Assembly: GCA_030141605.1 (NCBI GenBank)
Contig: JAQGDQ010000135.1
Span: 372,001-436,000 of the forward strand
DNA: 64,000 nucleotides
Source: Tubiluchus corallicola
Lineage: Eukaryota > Animalia > Priapulida
Reading direction: 5' to 3'
Position numbers and translations under genes: made by a program. The notes beneath the pieces are model-generated. The model was given only the letters and a program-made list of their open reading frames with translations, ran no database searches and was not told the DNA's origin. Numbering within the stretch: the stretch's first letter is position 1; each line of letters starts with the position of its first letter. Positions 24,601 to 36,340 of this stretch are shown here, piece by piece.

Positions 24601-27600
24601 GAGCTCTTCACAGCAAGCTAATTACAGTGAGGCAAGGGAATGTACAGTGTGCCTCAATTGCATTTTAAAATGGTTTTTGGTACAGAAAACTGCTGTTTGA
24701 AGAGAAGCGATACTATAACTGTGGGTCCTAATTACTTCCTCCATAGTGCAATGGTGACTTGGTGTATGAGACTTGCATGACAACATTAGGAGCACGAGAT
24801 TTGTCAACCAGGGTTGAAGCCCTGGTGTAAGAGCAAGTGGAATCGTGGATTTCAAAGTAAGACTGGAAGCAAACATATGTAACTGTCAGTACTTTTTCTG
24901 ACCCATGTGAAGAACTGAACTCAACACAGTCAATCATAAACTGATAATTAATTCAGGCCTTTTAGCACTTCTGTGCTGTTCCACTAGGTCTCTGTCATAA
25001 TCATTGCCTCCATAGGTAACCCACGTAGGACACTAAAGGCTTCAGTAAAGAGGTGAATGAGCCAGCAATTTATTTCAACCACCTTATTAATTAGTTATGA
25101 TTAGCATAGTACTTGCAGACACAATTACAATTTTTACTGTGTTTGCTCTGACATTGCATAATTTTCTGACTATCTAATTTTTCCTTGATATGACTGGTCT
25201 GGTTTAACAAACAGTGATGTTCTGCAATAACCTATTTCCCCCAAGCATCCGCCCTGCACAATTAATGTATGCAGATTCGATCTGCAGGTGATGAGAGAGT
25301 GGAAACATGGTGCATTTTTTTATTGTTACTTGCCTTTAAATCTAGAAGTAAATAAAACTTGTATGCAGTTATTTTATTGTCTATAGATTGGTGTTCTTTT
25401 CTGGAACCTAGTAAAATAAATAACGTACGATTTAAGTAAACAATGCAGTTACGTAGGTCACCTAGTTATTAATGTAACTAAGTCTAATATATTTGAGTCT
25501 TAAATTTTTAAAGTTTTAAATTCTTAAAAGTCTTAAATTTTTACCGCTTTAGCAGTTGTGGTGTATTCGTACTTTAGAGAGGAAGTTCCAAAGTGGTATT
25601 GTAGTGACTGAGTAGCCCCTGGTAATGTCACAGCTCGAATTAACAGCACAATCCAAACGAGCAGTGGAAGAATGACAGTCACATATGCTACCTAAGAAAT
25701 AAAATGACTGTCACGATCGTGTTTGGCAGATTAAAATGAATGGCCATTTAACTGTAATAACACATTACGTGGCATTTGAAAGAACTACGAGCTGTTTCTA
25801 AATGTATTGTGTTGAGCCTGTTATTGAAAACTAATTAATGGAATTAGGCAAACCTGATAAACTGGCTCCATCTATTGTGAGTTCAACAAAGAAATGCTAC
25901 AGTTTAACTTTTAGACCAAATTTTGACTTTACGATGTCATGCCTATAGTACTGTTGCGACTGGATGATTAACTGGGTCACAATAGGTATGACTTGAGAGG
26001 TGCCTATTATTCCATGAAGTTACTGATATAGTTTAGTTAAATGGCTGACTCAATTAAACTTTGATGACTTGCAATAAGCTACGTGAACTGTTCACACTAT
26101 AAATTATTATCTTAAGTTGTGAGCATTCGCTGTTTTCGTTCACACCGTATCACCAAGGCTGTATTGGTCCATATTCTGTACTGTAGGAAGGAACTACCCC
26201 TCCTGCACCAGTAACTGCCTGCCTTAGAATTTAAACAAATATTGTTGTTCTTTAACATTTGGGGTCGCAGACCCGTTCGGCAATCCATCTTGACAGAAGT
26301 CGTCTGACTCAAGTTGGGCTAGCAAAGAATTTCGTGACCCGAATATTACACCGACAATGAAATTTCAGTGTTATCAAAAATGTAGCTCTAATACCATTTA
26401 ATTAAAGAAACTATAATAGTAATAAATATAGAATTTTTGTTATGAGAAGAAAGTGGCTAGAGCCCTATAGGTGTAGAATTAAACTTTAGTGTAAAACTAT
26501 CTATTTTTCAAATACTTCATGATGACTTTCATACAAGACACTAAACGTAGTGAGGAGACAACAAAGAAAATCTATTCTCCTCCTACGAACCATACTCTAG
26601 CAACATGACACTCTAGTGTATCACAGTGGTGACCAGTAATAAAGTCAGGGAAAAGTTGCAATTAGTTTATAGCGGCCAGATAAAAGTCACAATTTTTGAT
26701 AAGAAAAGTTAGGTAATCACTAAAAAATATTCAAGTCAGTTACCATTTATTTAAGAGTTATAAGCAGTTAAAGTAATAAAACAGCAAACATTTTAAGTCT
26801 GTTATTGACTGGTAATACGACAGTATTTATATATGATGGCATTATGTGTTTTAGAAAAGATATCACATTTTGTTCACTATCTTAAGGTTAGGGTTACTTC
26901 TTTTTTCCTATGACTTTCTGTCATAACTTTTTTCTGTAACTTTTTACCCTGTAACTTTATTACATAAGTTAATATAAGTTTATTACATACTGTTAATTAT
27001 TCAGTACAGTTAGTTGTTTGAGTCGAGTTTTTATCTTGTAATTATGAAACTGCAACAACTTCGTACCTTTCCAATGACTGTAATTCCAAAAAAGGATATC
27101 ACCATGACAAAGGCCCAAAACAAGCACAGTGCAAGAACTATATAGCCAACAAAGTAATGTCCCAACACATTGCTGTTAAAAATAATTAGTCATCATATTA
27201 AATGATATCTTCTCATGTCTGATTTTATGTTACACTGATTAGCATTTATTTCCAAATGCAAAGATGTAACAGAGACAAAAAACTCTACAATATCTCAAGC
27301 ATTTCATTAGTGCCTGTCATAAAACTTTTAAAATTCATTCAAAGTTTACTCAACCAACAGGAGCTTGCCCACTTGTTCAACAACTATTTCAAAATGTTTT
27401 TTAAGATTTATGGCAATTTTTTAAGAAATATGCAAATATCTTACTCAAAGAATTCTTCAGGTCCTGTATGACCAAGCTCATTAAACACTCCAGACAAAGT
27501 CATGTTTAGGTTGCCACATTCTATAAAAACAACAAAATTGAAAGTTTTTAAAACAATTGAGCAAGATGTTAAATTATAATCATGTATTGTATTGTTTATA

Positions 27601-27683
27601 TGGAATTACTTGTCTGAAATAAAATTATAATCAGTCAATTATACATATAATATTTAAAAGTGATAACTCTAGAATTCTCTCTC

Positions 27684-27719
<36 letters not shown>

Positions 27720-27722
27720 CCT

Positions 27723-27768
<46 letters not shown>

Positions 27769-30365
27769 TCTCTCTCCTCTCCCCCTTTACTCAGTTCAGT
27801 AGCCCATGCTTTGTGTCCTAATTGTAAATATTGTAAGTTTATGTGTGTGTATGTTATTTAATTGTTATTTATTGTTATCGTAACTTTAATTTGAATATGA
27901 ACTTTACATTTGGAATAAACGATAAATGAAATCAAAATCTCTCCCTCTCTCTCCTTCCTCCATCCCTTTCTCCTCTTTCCCTTTTCTACCTCTCTTCTCT
28001 CTTTCCTTTTTACCATTTTTCTCTTTCTTTTTAACTCTTCAAAATCCATGTTCTGTTTTTATTTCTGCATCTGGCATAACGTGTCAACACATTGATATAA
28101 ATTTATAATAAAAGACTTACGATCTGTGTTCCATTCATTGTTGCAAGTGTTATGGTAAGGCACATCTTTCATGGATAAACAAAAGTAATAAATACCCAGG
28201 ACACCAAGGCCAGAGGCATGAAGAATGTCATAGGCAGATATGAGCACTTGAGCTATACCAATACCTGCAAAGATAATAAAACAATAGAAATATTGGGAGA
28301 GGTAGGGCCATCTTAACACATGGGCATGTTGGCAGTTGCCTGATGGCCCCAAGTGCATAGGGGGCCCCATATTAATCTGTGTATGTTGTGACTTGCTGTC
28401 AATAAATAAATATTATACCATACTATGGAAAATGACATCCTGAAGACCATTGACTTCAAGCTGATTACAAAGCAGTTCTCTGTGTCAGCTCCGCCTGTAT
28501 GGTTTACCAACTGAGTATAATATTATGTTGAAATTTTTGCATTTTCAAGGCTCATGTTATATTGATCAAATATTTGTGTGTTGTTAATTCTTGTTGTACA
28601 GCATGTTTTTTAATGTTTAAACACTGATTTTGTTGGAAGTACTGATGGAACAAATATAATATTTTTATGTTTAATTTTATAAACCATTTACATTTTTATT
28701 CATGCGAATTGTTGTGAAGATAGGGTCTTTAGTGCACTGCTTTGCCAGGGGGGGGGGGCTTTAATGCTGTTAAGACGACCCTGGGGAGAAGTTATAGGGC
28801 TGATTACGATACCTAAAGCAAAGCAATTATGGTACCTAAGGCCTAATGGACACACAGCAGAGAAAAGAAAATAAGAAAAGTTAACCCTTTTTTGTTGTTT
28901 TTGTTTTTTTTGTTTTTTGTTTTGATTCGAATTGTTTTGCAGTTGTTTCGTGATTTTTTTTGTACTGAATGCGTACCCTGCAAATGAGTGATGATTAGTT
29001 TTCGACCAGGTTGGCAGGTGTGCAGCAGTTGTTTGTGTTTTTGTTTTTGTTTCACGATCCAAGCAGTATTTGATTGCGAAAAGTTTGTTTATGCTTTTTG
29101 AAACAAAATTTTCCGTTTTCTATTTTTTTATTTTCTCTGGTACACGTGGATTGTTTTAATTTTTCTTTTGTGTTTCGTGTTTTGCCTGTCCATGCATTAC
29201 AAACACTATCCAATGATAACAATGAAATTATGTCATAAGTTCGTGTTCCAAACAAAATTGAACTTATGCAAGTGTGGTCTTCAAATGGCGATAGTGACTG
29301 CAATGTTTACTTTAATTTTGTCTGAAAAACTATGTCACGCTACTTTATCTATATTGTTTTTTAATATTTTCTGAATTTATCTTTGAAGCTTGGATAATAT
29401 TTGGGCGTGCAGCCCCTCAAAGTCAGTTTGCATTTTTAGAGAAATTCATTAAGTGTGAGTTGCTTGTTATTACACATCTTCAGTTACAGGCTATACCAAC
29501 ATTTGAATCAACTGAACAAACACAAATCTAAGTTCTAAGCAAAGTCTCTCATACCTCCGAATAGCGGAGAAGCTCTCCAGACAGCCAGAGAACCAGATGA
29601 TGAGTACTGACCCAAGTACATCTCTAAAAATATTAATGGAGCAGCCAAAATAACCAACGAGAAGAGATAAACCACCAATGTTGTTCCTGGGGAGAAATAA
29701 GAGATAGTATTAGCACGGTATTTAAACATAACATATCCTCAAATCAAAACATTCCTTAATATTTGTCAAGATTTCTCTGCCGGAATGTAATTCAGTTAGT
29801 GGGTGAAGCAGGCAGTCAGTCGGTCAGTTCCACCAATCAGTGGTCGCAATACTACAACAGCACTAAATACCTCCTGTTACCTGGTGGCATCAAGGCTGTA
29901 TTCATACAGTTTATTATGCACACAGCAAAGCTCTTTGCAAAAAAAGTTTTAGTTCAATTTTCATGCCAGCTTATCATAATAATAGGTACCTTAATTTAAT
30001 AAACGTTCTGCCTTTCAATATTTAAACTATAAACAGCTATCTTTACCCATTATGAAGAAAATGATGCTATATTAAAAGTAATGTTCATAACCCTCAATAG
30101 AGGGCTCTCTGTGTTTTTTCTTTTAGTGCAGTCAGGCTTGGGCTATGAGCTGTCTTGCATAGGAAATGCAGTGAAATAAAGTTCCTTGTTTTTTCATAAA
30201 TATTGCTGGTCAGCAGGATGATTTCTCAACAACATTACCTCCTTTAGCATCCGAGAATATTTCCGGAGCACCAACGGAACCAGTGAACAATACATAAGTA
30301 AAACAGGTAAAAATAAATTCTGGGCGAGAAGTGGCCCATTGTTTCCTTGGATTTTCATATCCCAT
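18527..30365 (-). CDS. Divergent SLC6 / sodium:neurotransmitter symporter family transporter, about 559 aa, 13 coding exons: 30365-30239, 29686-29555, 28264-28121, 27520-27445, 27172-27067, 25691-25545, 23923-23686, 23559-23390, 22642-22556, 20892-20799, 20673-20552, 19209-19048, 18601-18527
   Basis: Thirteen GT-AG exons join in frame (1680 nt including stop). SLC6 signatures: RKQW...EF, PLIFLEMYLGQYSSSG..VW..SPLFGGIG, TCNNEWNT.C, PEEFF, LLIRAVTLPGA, LASYNRKNYNIFRD, MLP..LWAILY, ECVAFALVY, P..TWP. About 12 hydrophobic segments. Confidence 0.9.
18840..18990 (+). repeat. Degenerate (ATC)n microsatellite
   Basis: Direct reading. Confidence 0.85.
19048..19209 (-). CDS. SLC6-like exon (TM12)
   Basis: tacag|AMQIVFWIRRFPADQSLRYFPVRIVGVIIIRGSVVLAVAIWTIVWIVLAAVRKK|gtgagt. 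Confidence 0.8.
19836..19997 (+). repeat. (ATG)n microsatellite
   Basis: Direct reading. Confidence 0.9.
20344..20463 (+). repeat. 40-bp tandem repeat, 3 copies (AATTAAAATACATTAGAGAAATTTCCCTTGTCTTACCGAA)
   Basis: Three near-identical adjacent copies. Confidence 0.95.
20552..20673 (-). CDS. SLC6-like exon (TM11)
   Basis: tgcag|YATAPRRKIHRNLSSMFGRILDRALVLDLLLGLVIPVLLV|gtgagt. Confidence 0.8.
20799..20892 (-). CDS. SLC6-like exon (TM10)
   Basis: tacag|LSSRFFNRLWDSIFFYPLLLALECVAFALVY|gtaagt. Confidence 0.85.
22556..22642 (-). CDS. SLC6-like exon (TM9)
   Basis: tttag|AFRRPIIGSLLVLPMIAIFWVIGLIYASP|gtaagt. Confidence 0.82.
23390..23559 (-). CDS. SLC6-like exon (EL4-TM8)
   Basis: gttag|PMKRNSVYMSEILTMLPIRKLWAILYYGLQIFMCVGYISVKLEALRTAIVDILPCQ|gtaag. 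Confidence 0.88.
23686..23923 (-). CDS. SLC6-like exon (TM6-TM7)
   Basis: cctag|VVNGALMGIFVAYPGQAVYSSLASYNRKNYNIFRDVIIIIIYIMITSMLG...EFFY|gtaaa. Confidence 0.88.
24240..24620 (-). mobile_element. RTE-like LINE 3' fragment
   Basis: Minus strand RRYWIGHALGLPQESPLPIA*RKTLEMTKKPRG; same family as 50450-50960. Confidence 0.65.
25545..25691 (-). CDS. SLC6-like exon (TM5)
   Basis: cttag|VAYVTVILPLLVWIVLLIRAVTLPGATQSLQYHFG...AKA|gtaaa. Confidence 0.9.
27067..27172 (-). CDS. SLC6-like exon (TM4)
   Basis: aacag|NVLGHYFVGYIVLALCLFWAFVMVISFFGITVIGK|gtacg. Confidence 0.87.
27445..27520 (-). CDS. SLC6-like exon (EL2)
   Basis: tatag|CGNLNMTLSGVFNELGHTGPEEFF|gtaag. Confidence 0.85.
27676..27786 (+). repeat. 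(CT)n microsatellite
   Basis: Direct reading. Confidence 0.97.
28121..28264 (-). CDS. SLC6-like exon (TM3, start of EL2)
   Basis: gcag|IGIAQVLISAYDILHASGLGVLGIYYFCLSMKDVPYHNTCNNEWNTD|gtaagt. Confidence 0.9.
28303..28783. mobile_element. hAT-type MITE in an SLC6 intron
   Basis: TIR TAGGGCCATCTTAAC / GTTAAGACGACCCTG; 8-bp TSD GGGAGAGG / GGGAGAAG. Confidence 0.8.
29555..29686 (-). CDS. SLC6-like exon (TM2)
   Basis: ccag|TTLVVYLFSLVILAAPLIFLEMYLGQYSSSGSLAVWRASPLFG|gtatg. Confidence 0.92.
30239..30365 (-). CDS. SLC6-like first coding exon (N-terminus and TM1)
   Basis: tttag|GTAGCA-ATG; MGYENPRKQWATSRPEFIFTCFTYVLFTGSVGAPEIFSDAKG|gtaat. Confidence 0.8.
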
Positions 30366-33300
30366 TGCTACCTAAAAATAAAAAATAAGGGAACATATAA
30401 ACATATCTATTTTACACAACTAATGTGAAAAGGTTAAAAAAACAAGAATAAGTTCCTTGGGAAGGTTTTGTGATAGTAAATTCATCCTCTTCTTACAGGC
30501 TTCAAATCTGTTTTAAGAGTGGTGATGAATCTATATGAAGCTTGGCTACTTTAATGTTTGGGACGTTATCACGTTTTGGGTGCATTCTTACACATATTGA
30601 TTTATATAAAAAAACTACGCTGCGAATATACATGTTAGGTACATACAACAGTCTCTTACAATGTTCAGTAAATCTCATAAACTACTAGTTTATCGAATGC
30701 TTGGTACATCACACAAGTAATACCTGAGAAAGCTTGCTCGATCATACAGTAAATCTATTAGCTGAAATGTGTGTTTGTCAGACTGAAAACTGTGAAATAT
30801 ATTTTATGCCTCTATTTATTTTATTACTTGCCCCGTTACTATGAAATAGATGGACGTTATTACACAAGGGCACGATATTACACTACTTCTAATATGTTGT
30901 CAATTTTTTCCGGATAATGAAGTGCGACTATTGAAAATTTCAGTTTACTAAATTTTTATTAAACTGTTGCTTATTAAATTAGTGAATTTATAAATCACTA
31001 ATTAACAAAACAAGTTCGACTCGAACTATTGGACTCAGTGTCATGACGATCTATTGTGATTTGGTGGAGCCTATTTTTCTAGTACAATTGTGCAGAGCTA
31101 TGATCTATTTAAAACTAACGAAATTGTAATTTTTTTTACAAAATGGTGTCAATGCCGCAACCTTCAAATTGGTAGAACAGAAGTATGAGTTAGGTAGTTG
31201 ATGTGGAATTTACTCTACTGTATTCTTACAAAGTTTTATGACGTTGCATTGTGGATTCACGTAATTTTGGGGTTTTTTCTGAAAATGATACTATTGCCAC
31301 CATATTTAATTCAATATGGCGGATGGAAACTCTGACTCCGTCATTCGATGCAGAATTCATTCTAGTACGTTCAAAACAAAACAGATGTTCTACGACCAAA
31401 AACTGTTAAAAGTTATGAAAAAGCGCACTATCCTCACACTAATTAGTATTAGTATTCAGTTCATAAAGGTTTAAATAACTATCAATTAAAAAAGCTGAAA
31501 CTGTCATTTCTAGTTTATCAAAAGGCAAAAAAGATAAAGATACTTATTTACAGTCGCTGGGACAACAGACAACATTAGCCATAGGCGGCTCTTAACGAAT
31601 ACAACAACAACACTGAGACGCCTAAAAACACAGGTAACAACTGTTTGCGCTAATACAGGTGGTAATGAGATTCTAACTCGGGTTGGAAAGCAGATGAGTA
31701 CCAACAGTCCGTTACTTTAACGAAGCGGGAACATGCGTCATTTTAACCGAACGATTTGTTGTTGAAACAAATTTTTGAACGGCACAATTAAGTTTAACGA
31801 AATAGCCAACGTGACAGTCCCTACGTGAGCCAAAAATAGGCGGCGTACTCCTCACGGGCATGGCCAGGCGCTGGAGCAAGCAAATAAAATAGACGCCTTA
31901 ACACATACAAACAATTTTTGAGGTATTGATTATAGATTTTAATTTTATGTTTAAAATAAAAACACGAGGAAGATACAGAAAGGAAGTATATAATTGTTAT
32001 TTTGTATTTAAAATTAAAACACAATGAAAATTTTTATAGCAAGTCATAAATCTCAAAACAAAACAAAAACACGTGTTATATTTTAATTTTAAACGTAAAC
32101 TGAAAACAAAATGAAGCACTGTGAAAAACGTATTATGAGCGAACTACAACAGTCTCTTTCGTCTAGGTTTCCTTCTAGCAAAGTAATCTATAACTTTAAT
32201 ATAATCCGCCTTAGTAGTCAACTCTTTCAAAGCTAGAGCAAAGCTAACCCAGATAGTCTATTCGTGCCCATTGTAGAAACGAAGATAGGACTTTATCTGT
32301 TTCAGCCGACTAAATGATCATCCAGCAACCACACAAATGAACTAAAAAAATTGTTAAAAACGCGCCAATTTTGAAAAATGTGCTAGGGAGAGCGGTTGCT
32401 CCTTTGCTCCCCAATTAGCTATGTCACTGATACTATCTATAACCGCACCCATACATGATACGTTGTTGTAAAAAACAGGATCAGTACAATGTTGCCGTTT
32501 TAGAGTGGCTTGCAAACGCTAAGAACAGAGAATGTATCACCCTAAACATATTAGCATACTGAAGTCTAAAATAATTGAAAAGTCGGGTCGTACTTGACAT
32601 TCGTCCTTAAACATTGTAAACATTAGTGACATAACTATAGTTATTCAGAAGTGAGTGAATCACTGAATTCGTATATCATCCCCTATTTTTTCATTTTTCA
32701 ATTGGTTCACTCCATGCAAATATGAGTGAAGTTGCAAGACAGACAGTTTCAAAATTATTTACAAACATAAGATGGAAACAAAAACGTGCGTATATGTTGA
32801 CCCACGTTTTAAATCTTGTCAACGGAGACCATAGAGAGAAATCACAACTCGCACATAGCAAGTCAATTTGCCAGGCGTATACAATTTGTCGCCTGGGGGG
32901 AAATTCCATGAAATTCGGGTCAGGTTACGCATAGTCACGTGACAAGTCCGTTCATGAATGCAAGAATAATGAATGATGTGTTACAGCCACTCTCTGAGCC
33001 TAACCAGACCGGGCCAACGCTAGTGCCCATGGCATTCAGAGTCAAGCTGTTGAGTGAAGACGGGTGATAAGTCACGTGACGCCCCGCGTTTGCCGTGTTA
33101 AAAGAAGCTTAAAACTCGCAATTAATCACGGCCATGAGCTACTGTTGCATCGGACCTGGCTTTGCAAGACCTTGATTACAAAGTAACAGCCAGTTAGCAA
33201 TTATATTTCGCCAGTTATATTTGTATGTATAATATATGTTTACTACCACTTATAGTAAGGTACATGTGCTATTAATCCTGAAATATGTTCTTTTATGTTG

Positions 33301-34171
33301 TACATATCATACTGAAATAAAGTTATAAGTGAATAAAGTCTTAGTATGAATTAGCAAATTTGTTAAATCATTCTTAAACTAAAATATCCTTAGTTTTTGT
33401 GTGTAGTATAAACAGTAAATGCAAACAGTGAACATTATCCTAAAATTTTTGATTATTAAAAAAACAAATACTTTAGAAAAAACTAGGAAAAACATTGATT
33501 CAGTTAATGTAAGTGATACAAGCTTATACGTCACGTTATACATTATTGTAGTATTAATTTATCTTTGAAACTTGTATCAACAATAATTTTAACCGCATGA
33601 GGCTAAAAGAAAAATGTGGACTACTACGCAGACGGCGACTGTGTCTAATTTTAATTTCTCCAGCGTGGCCGTGAAATATACCCTTTAAATGGATCTGCCA
33701 CTACATTTGTTACATTGTTGTGGTTTTTTCATTCTAGGCTTATGCCAAACTATTGATTATTGATGCTAAATTATCTAGAACACCATTTACCGTTGTCATG
33801 ATCCGTTTTTTATTTCATAAAAATTTGGAATACACGTTGTTTGCCTCATAATGAATAAGTAACCGAGTTTTGCAGCCGACTTATTGCTGGTTTCGCACCT
33901 ACTATTAGATCAATAGTTATGGTTATAAAATATGTAAAGACTAATGAACGTGCTAATGCATTTAATATCTTTTATAGTTTCTGACGCCTAATGCTTTTTA
34001 AAATAACACATTTTATTTTTCTCTGTTAAAAAAGCCAACGCGTTTACTGAGTTATTTGGTTATTGATGCTAAATGCTAACTAATCAACGTGTATTTATTT
34101 ATAATATTGTATTCTGTTTTAAATTGTCAAAATTCACCTTTCGTGCATGTTATTTTATACATTTTATCAGC

Positions 34172-34520
34172 GTAATTCCATTGTGTAACTGACTAAGCCG
34201 TCTTCAGTGATGCTGCAGATTGTACTATTGTACATTTAGACCAACTCAATTTTTATGAATTCAACGCACGATGGCAGCACTATTCGGTAGCTCGGAACTA
34301 AACTCTAACTTGACGTCTTCGTGTTTCCTTTGCTGATACAACTTTCGTACGTGCACATTATAATTCGATTGTGTAATTGGTTAAACACTGTCTTTAATCG
34401 CGCTGCAGGTTGTACTAGTGTAGATACAGACCAACCCAATTTTTATTAGTTCAACGCTAAATGGTAGTAATATTCAGTGCTTCAAAGCCAAACTCTACCT
34501 TAAAAACTTTGTGTTTTGTT
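34172..34520 (+). repeat. Degenerate tandem duplication of about 190 bp
   Basis: TAATTC.ATTGTGTAA..G..TAA...GTCTT....GCTGCAG.TTGTACTA.TGTA....AGACCAAC.CAATTTTTAT...TTCAACGC...TGG.AG.A.TATTC occurs twice. Confidence 0.8.
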
Positions 34521-35619
34521 TACTACAAACCTACATCGTTTTACTATAGGCTATACTGCAGCGCAAAAAATCAAGAAAGTCACATTAATGTTTTGTATTA
34601 AACATTACAAGGATAAATCACGAATGCATAATTATAACAATATGAGTTAGAATATCATAAAGCACAACTTGAATAATACACATGCTATAGTCTGTATATC
34701 TTAAAAAAACTAGTAATAAAATGCTATAGCCAACGCTCCCAGTGTTCCGTGAGTGGCTATCCTATGCTTGTTTTATAATTTGACTTTGCTTGGCCGAAAT
34801 CGCAATTATATCAAAACGTGCGTTGGAATAGTGCAATAAAACATGTAATTTGTTTGCCTTGGTACAGTTCGAACGCGGCTAATTAGTCACTTTCTATAAA
34901 GTAGCGTAATTCTTCCGTGCACGATAATCAATATTTTCACAAGTCTTAATGAATAACTTGATTAGGCTCTTTTGAAATTTCTCTTTCCATTTATCAATAA
35001 TTCAAAGAGAACTATTATGTCTCTGTTACATTGTGTCTATTATGTCTAAACTGGGGAAAAGGTACAGCTGATCAAACTGATCAAATTCATTTCAATTTTT
35101 TATACATGTCTAGTAATACGACACGTGTTACCTTTACTATATTACTTACTAAAATAATAATAATAGTAATGATGATGATAATAATGTTAATAATAACAAT
35201 AACGAGAGGATAACAGTTCTTCTGGTTCGTCTAGTACTTTAGGCAAACTATTGACAAATTTTTTGTTTCACGTTTTTTTCAGCTCTACATAATGGTTGTT
35301 GTCTCACATAAATCCTTTACCAAGGGTTTTTGTTATCTAATTATAAGAACTGATTAGTTATTCATAACTTATTTCGAGAATTTGAAAATAGAAAAATCTC
35401 TAGTAATTTGCCACGTTACTTCTGGCCCGCATCCGATATCACCTCGATCATTATCTTTTGTTTTTATGCCTCCGTGTTTCATCAAATTTTGTTAAATTGT
35501 TGCAAAGTTATTCAAAGAGCGTTTATGATCGATCAGTAATTTTGTTTAATACGCTGCTTACGGAATGATAGTGCTAAATATACACACACATATTTTATAA
35601 TTAAGTTAATTCAGCACAG

Positions 35620-36340
35620 ATATTCGTTTTAAAAAACGAATGCCTTAAATTGCTGGAAAAAAAGAAACCTCAAAGTCAATTACACGAAATCTGAAGAGAA
35701 TCCAATATTTCAAGGGATGGAGATCAATCTTAGAAGCTTTGCAAATATACGGGATCACTGCTTAACACAGAAGAGGATATCAGAAATAGGAAACAGCGGG
35801 CAATGTATCCAAAATAAATCAAATTTAATCAGTAAGAAACTACCCTCAAAACAAGGTTGCGACTCTTCAATGCATATGTAGCTAGTATCTTCATGTACAA
35901 CAGTGAAATGTGATATTTGACTGCAACTCAGGAAACAGAAATAGATGTGTTTCACAGAGGTCTATACTCAGAAAAACCTTAAAAATAAAATGGCTATATA
36001 TCATTTCGAATGAGCAGCTGTATAACAGAACCACAGAGGATCTTTGAAGCACTAAAATCAAAACCAGAAGGCTAAGATGGGTAGGACATTTAAGGAGATT
36101 GCCAGAAACAACACTAGTAAAGTTAGCATGAAACCTGCTAAACGACCTCCAGGCAAACCAAAAACAGCTTGGATATCAATTAAGAAAGATTTACAACAGC
36201 TGAAAGCAAAAACTTAACAATAGCGCCAAAGGAGCTGAAAACTTCAGCTGCAGGCAGGAAACAGTGGGGTGCTCCAATAAAGGAGAGAGGCTTTATGTCT
36301 ATAACTGATGTTTAGAGCAACAGAAGATAAAGAAGAAAAA
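35620..36340 (+). mobile_element. RTE-like LINE 3' fragment
   Basis: Translates LKTRLRLFNAYVASIFMYNSE and KRPPGKPKTAWI; ends in a GAA-rich tail; many stops and frameshifts. Confidence 0.7.
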
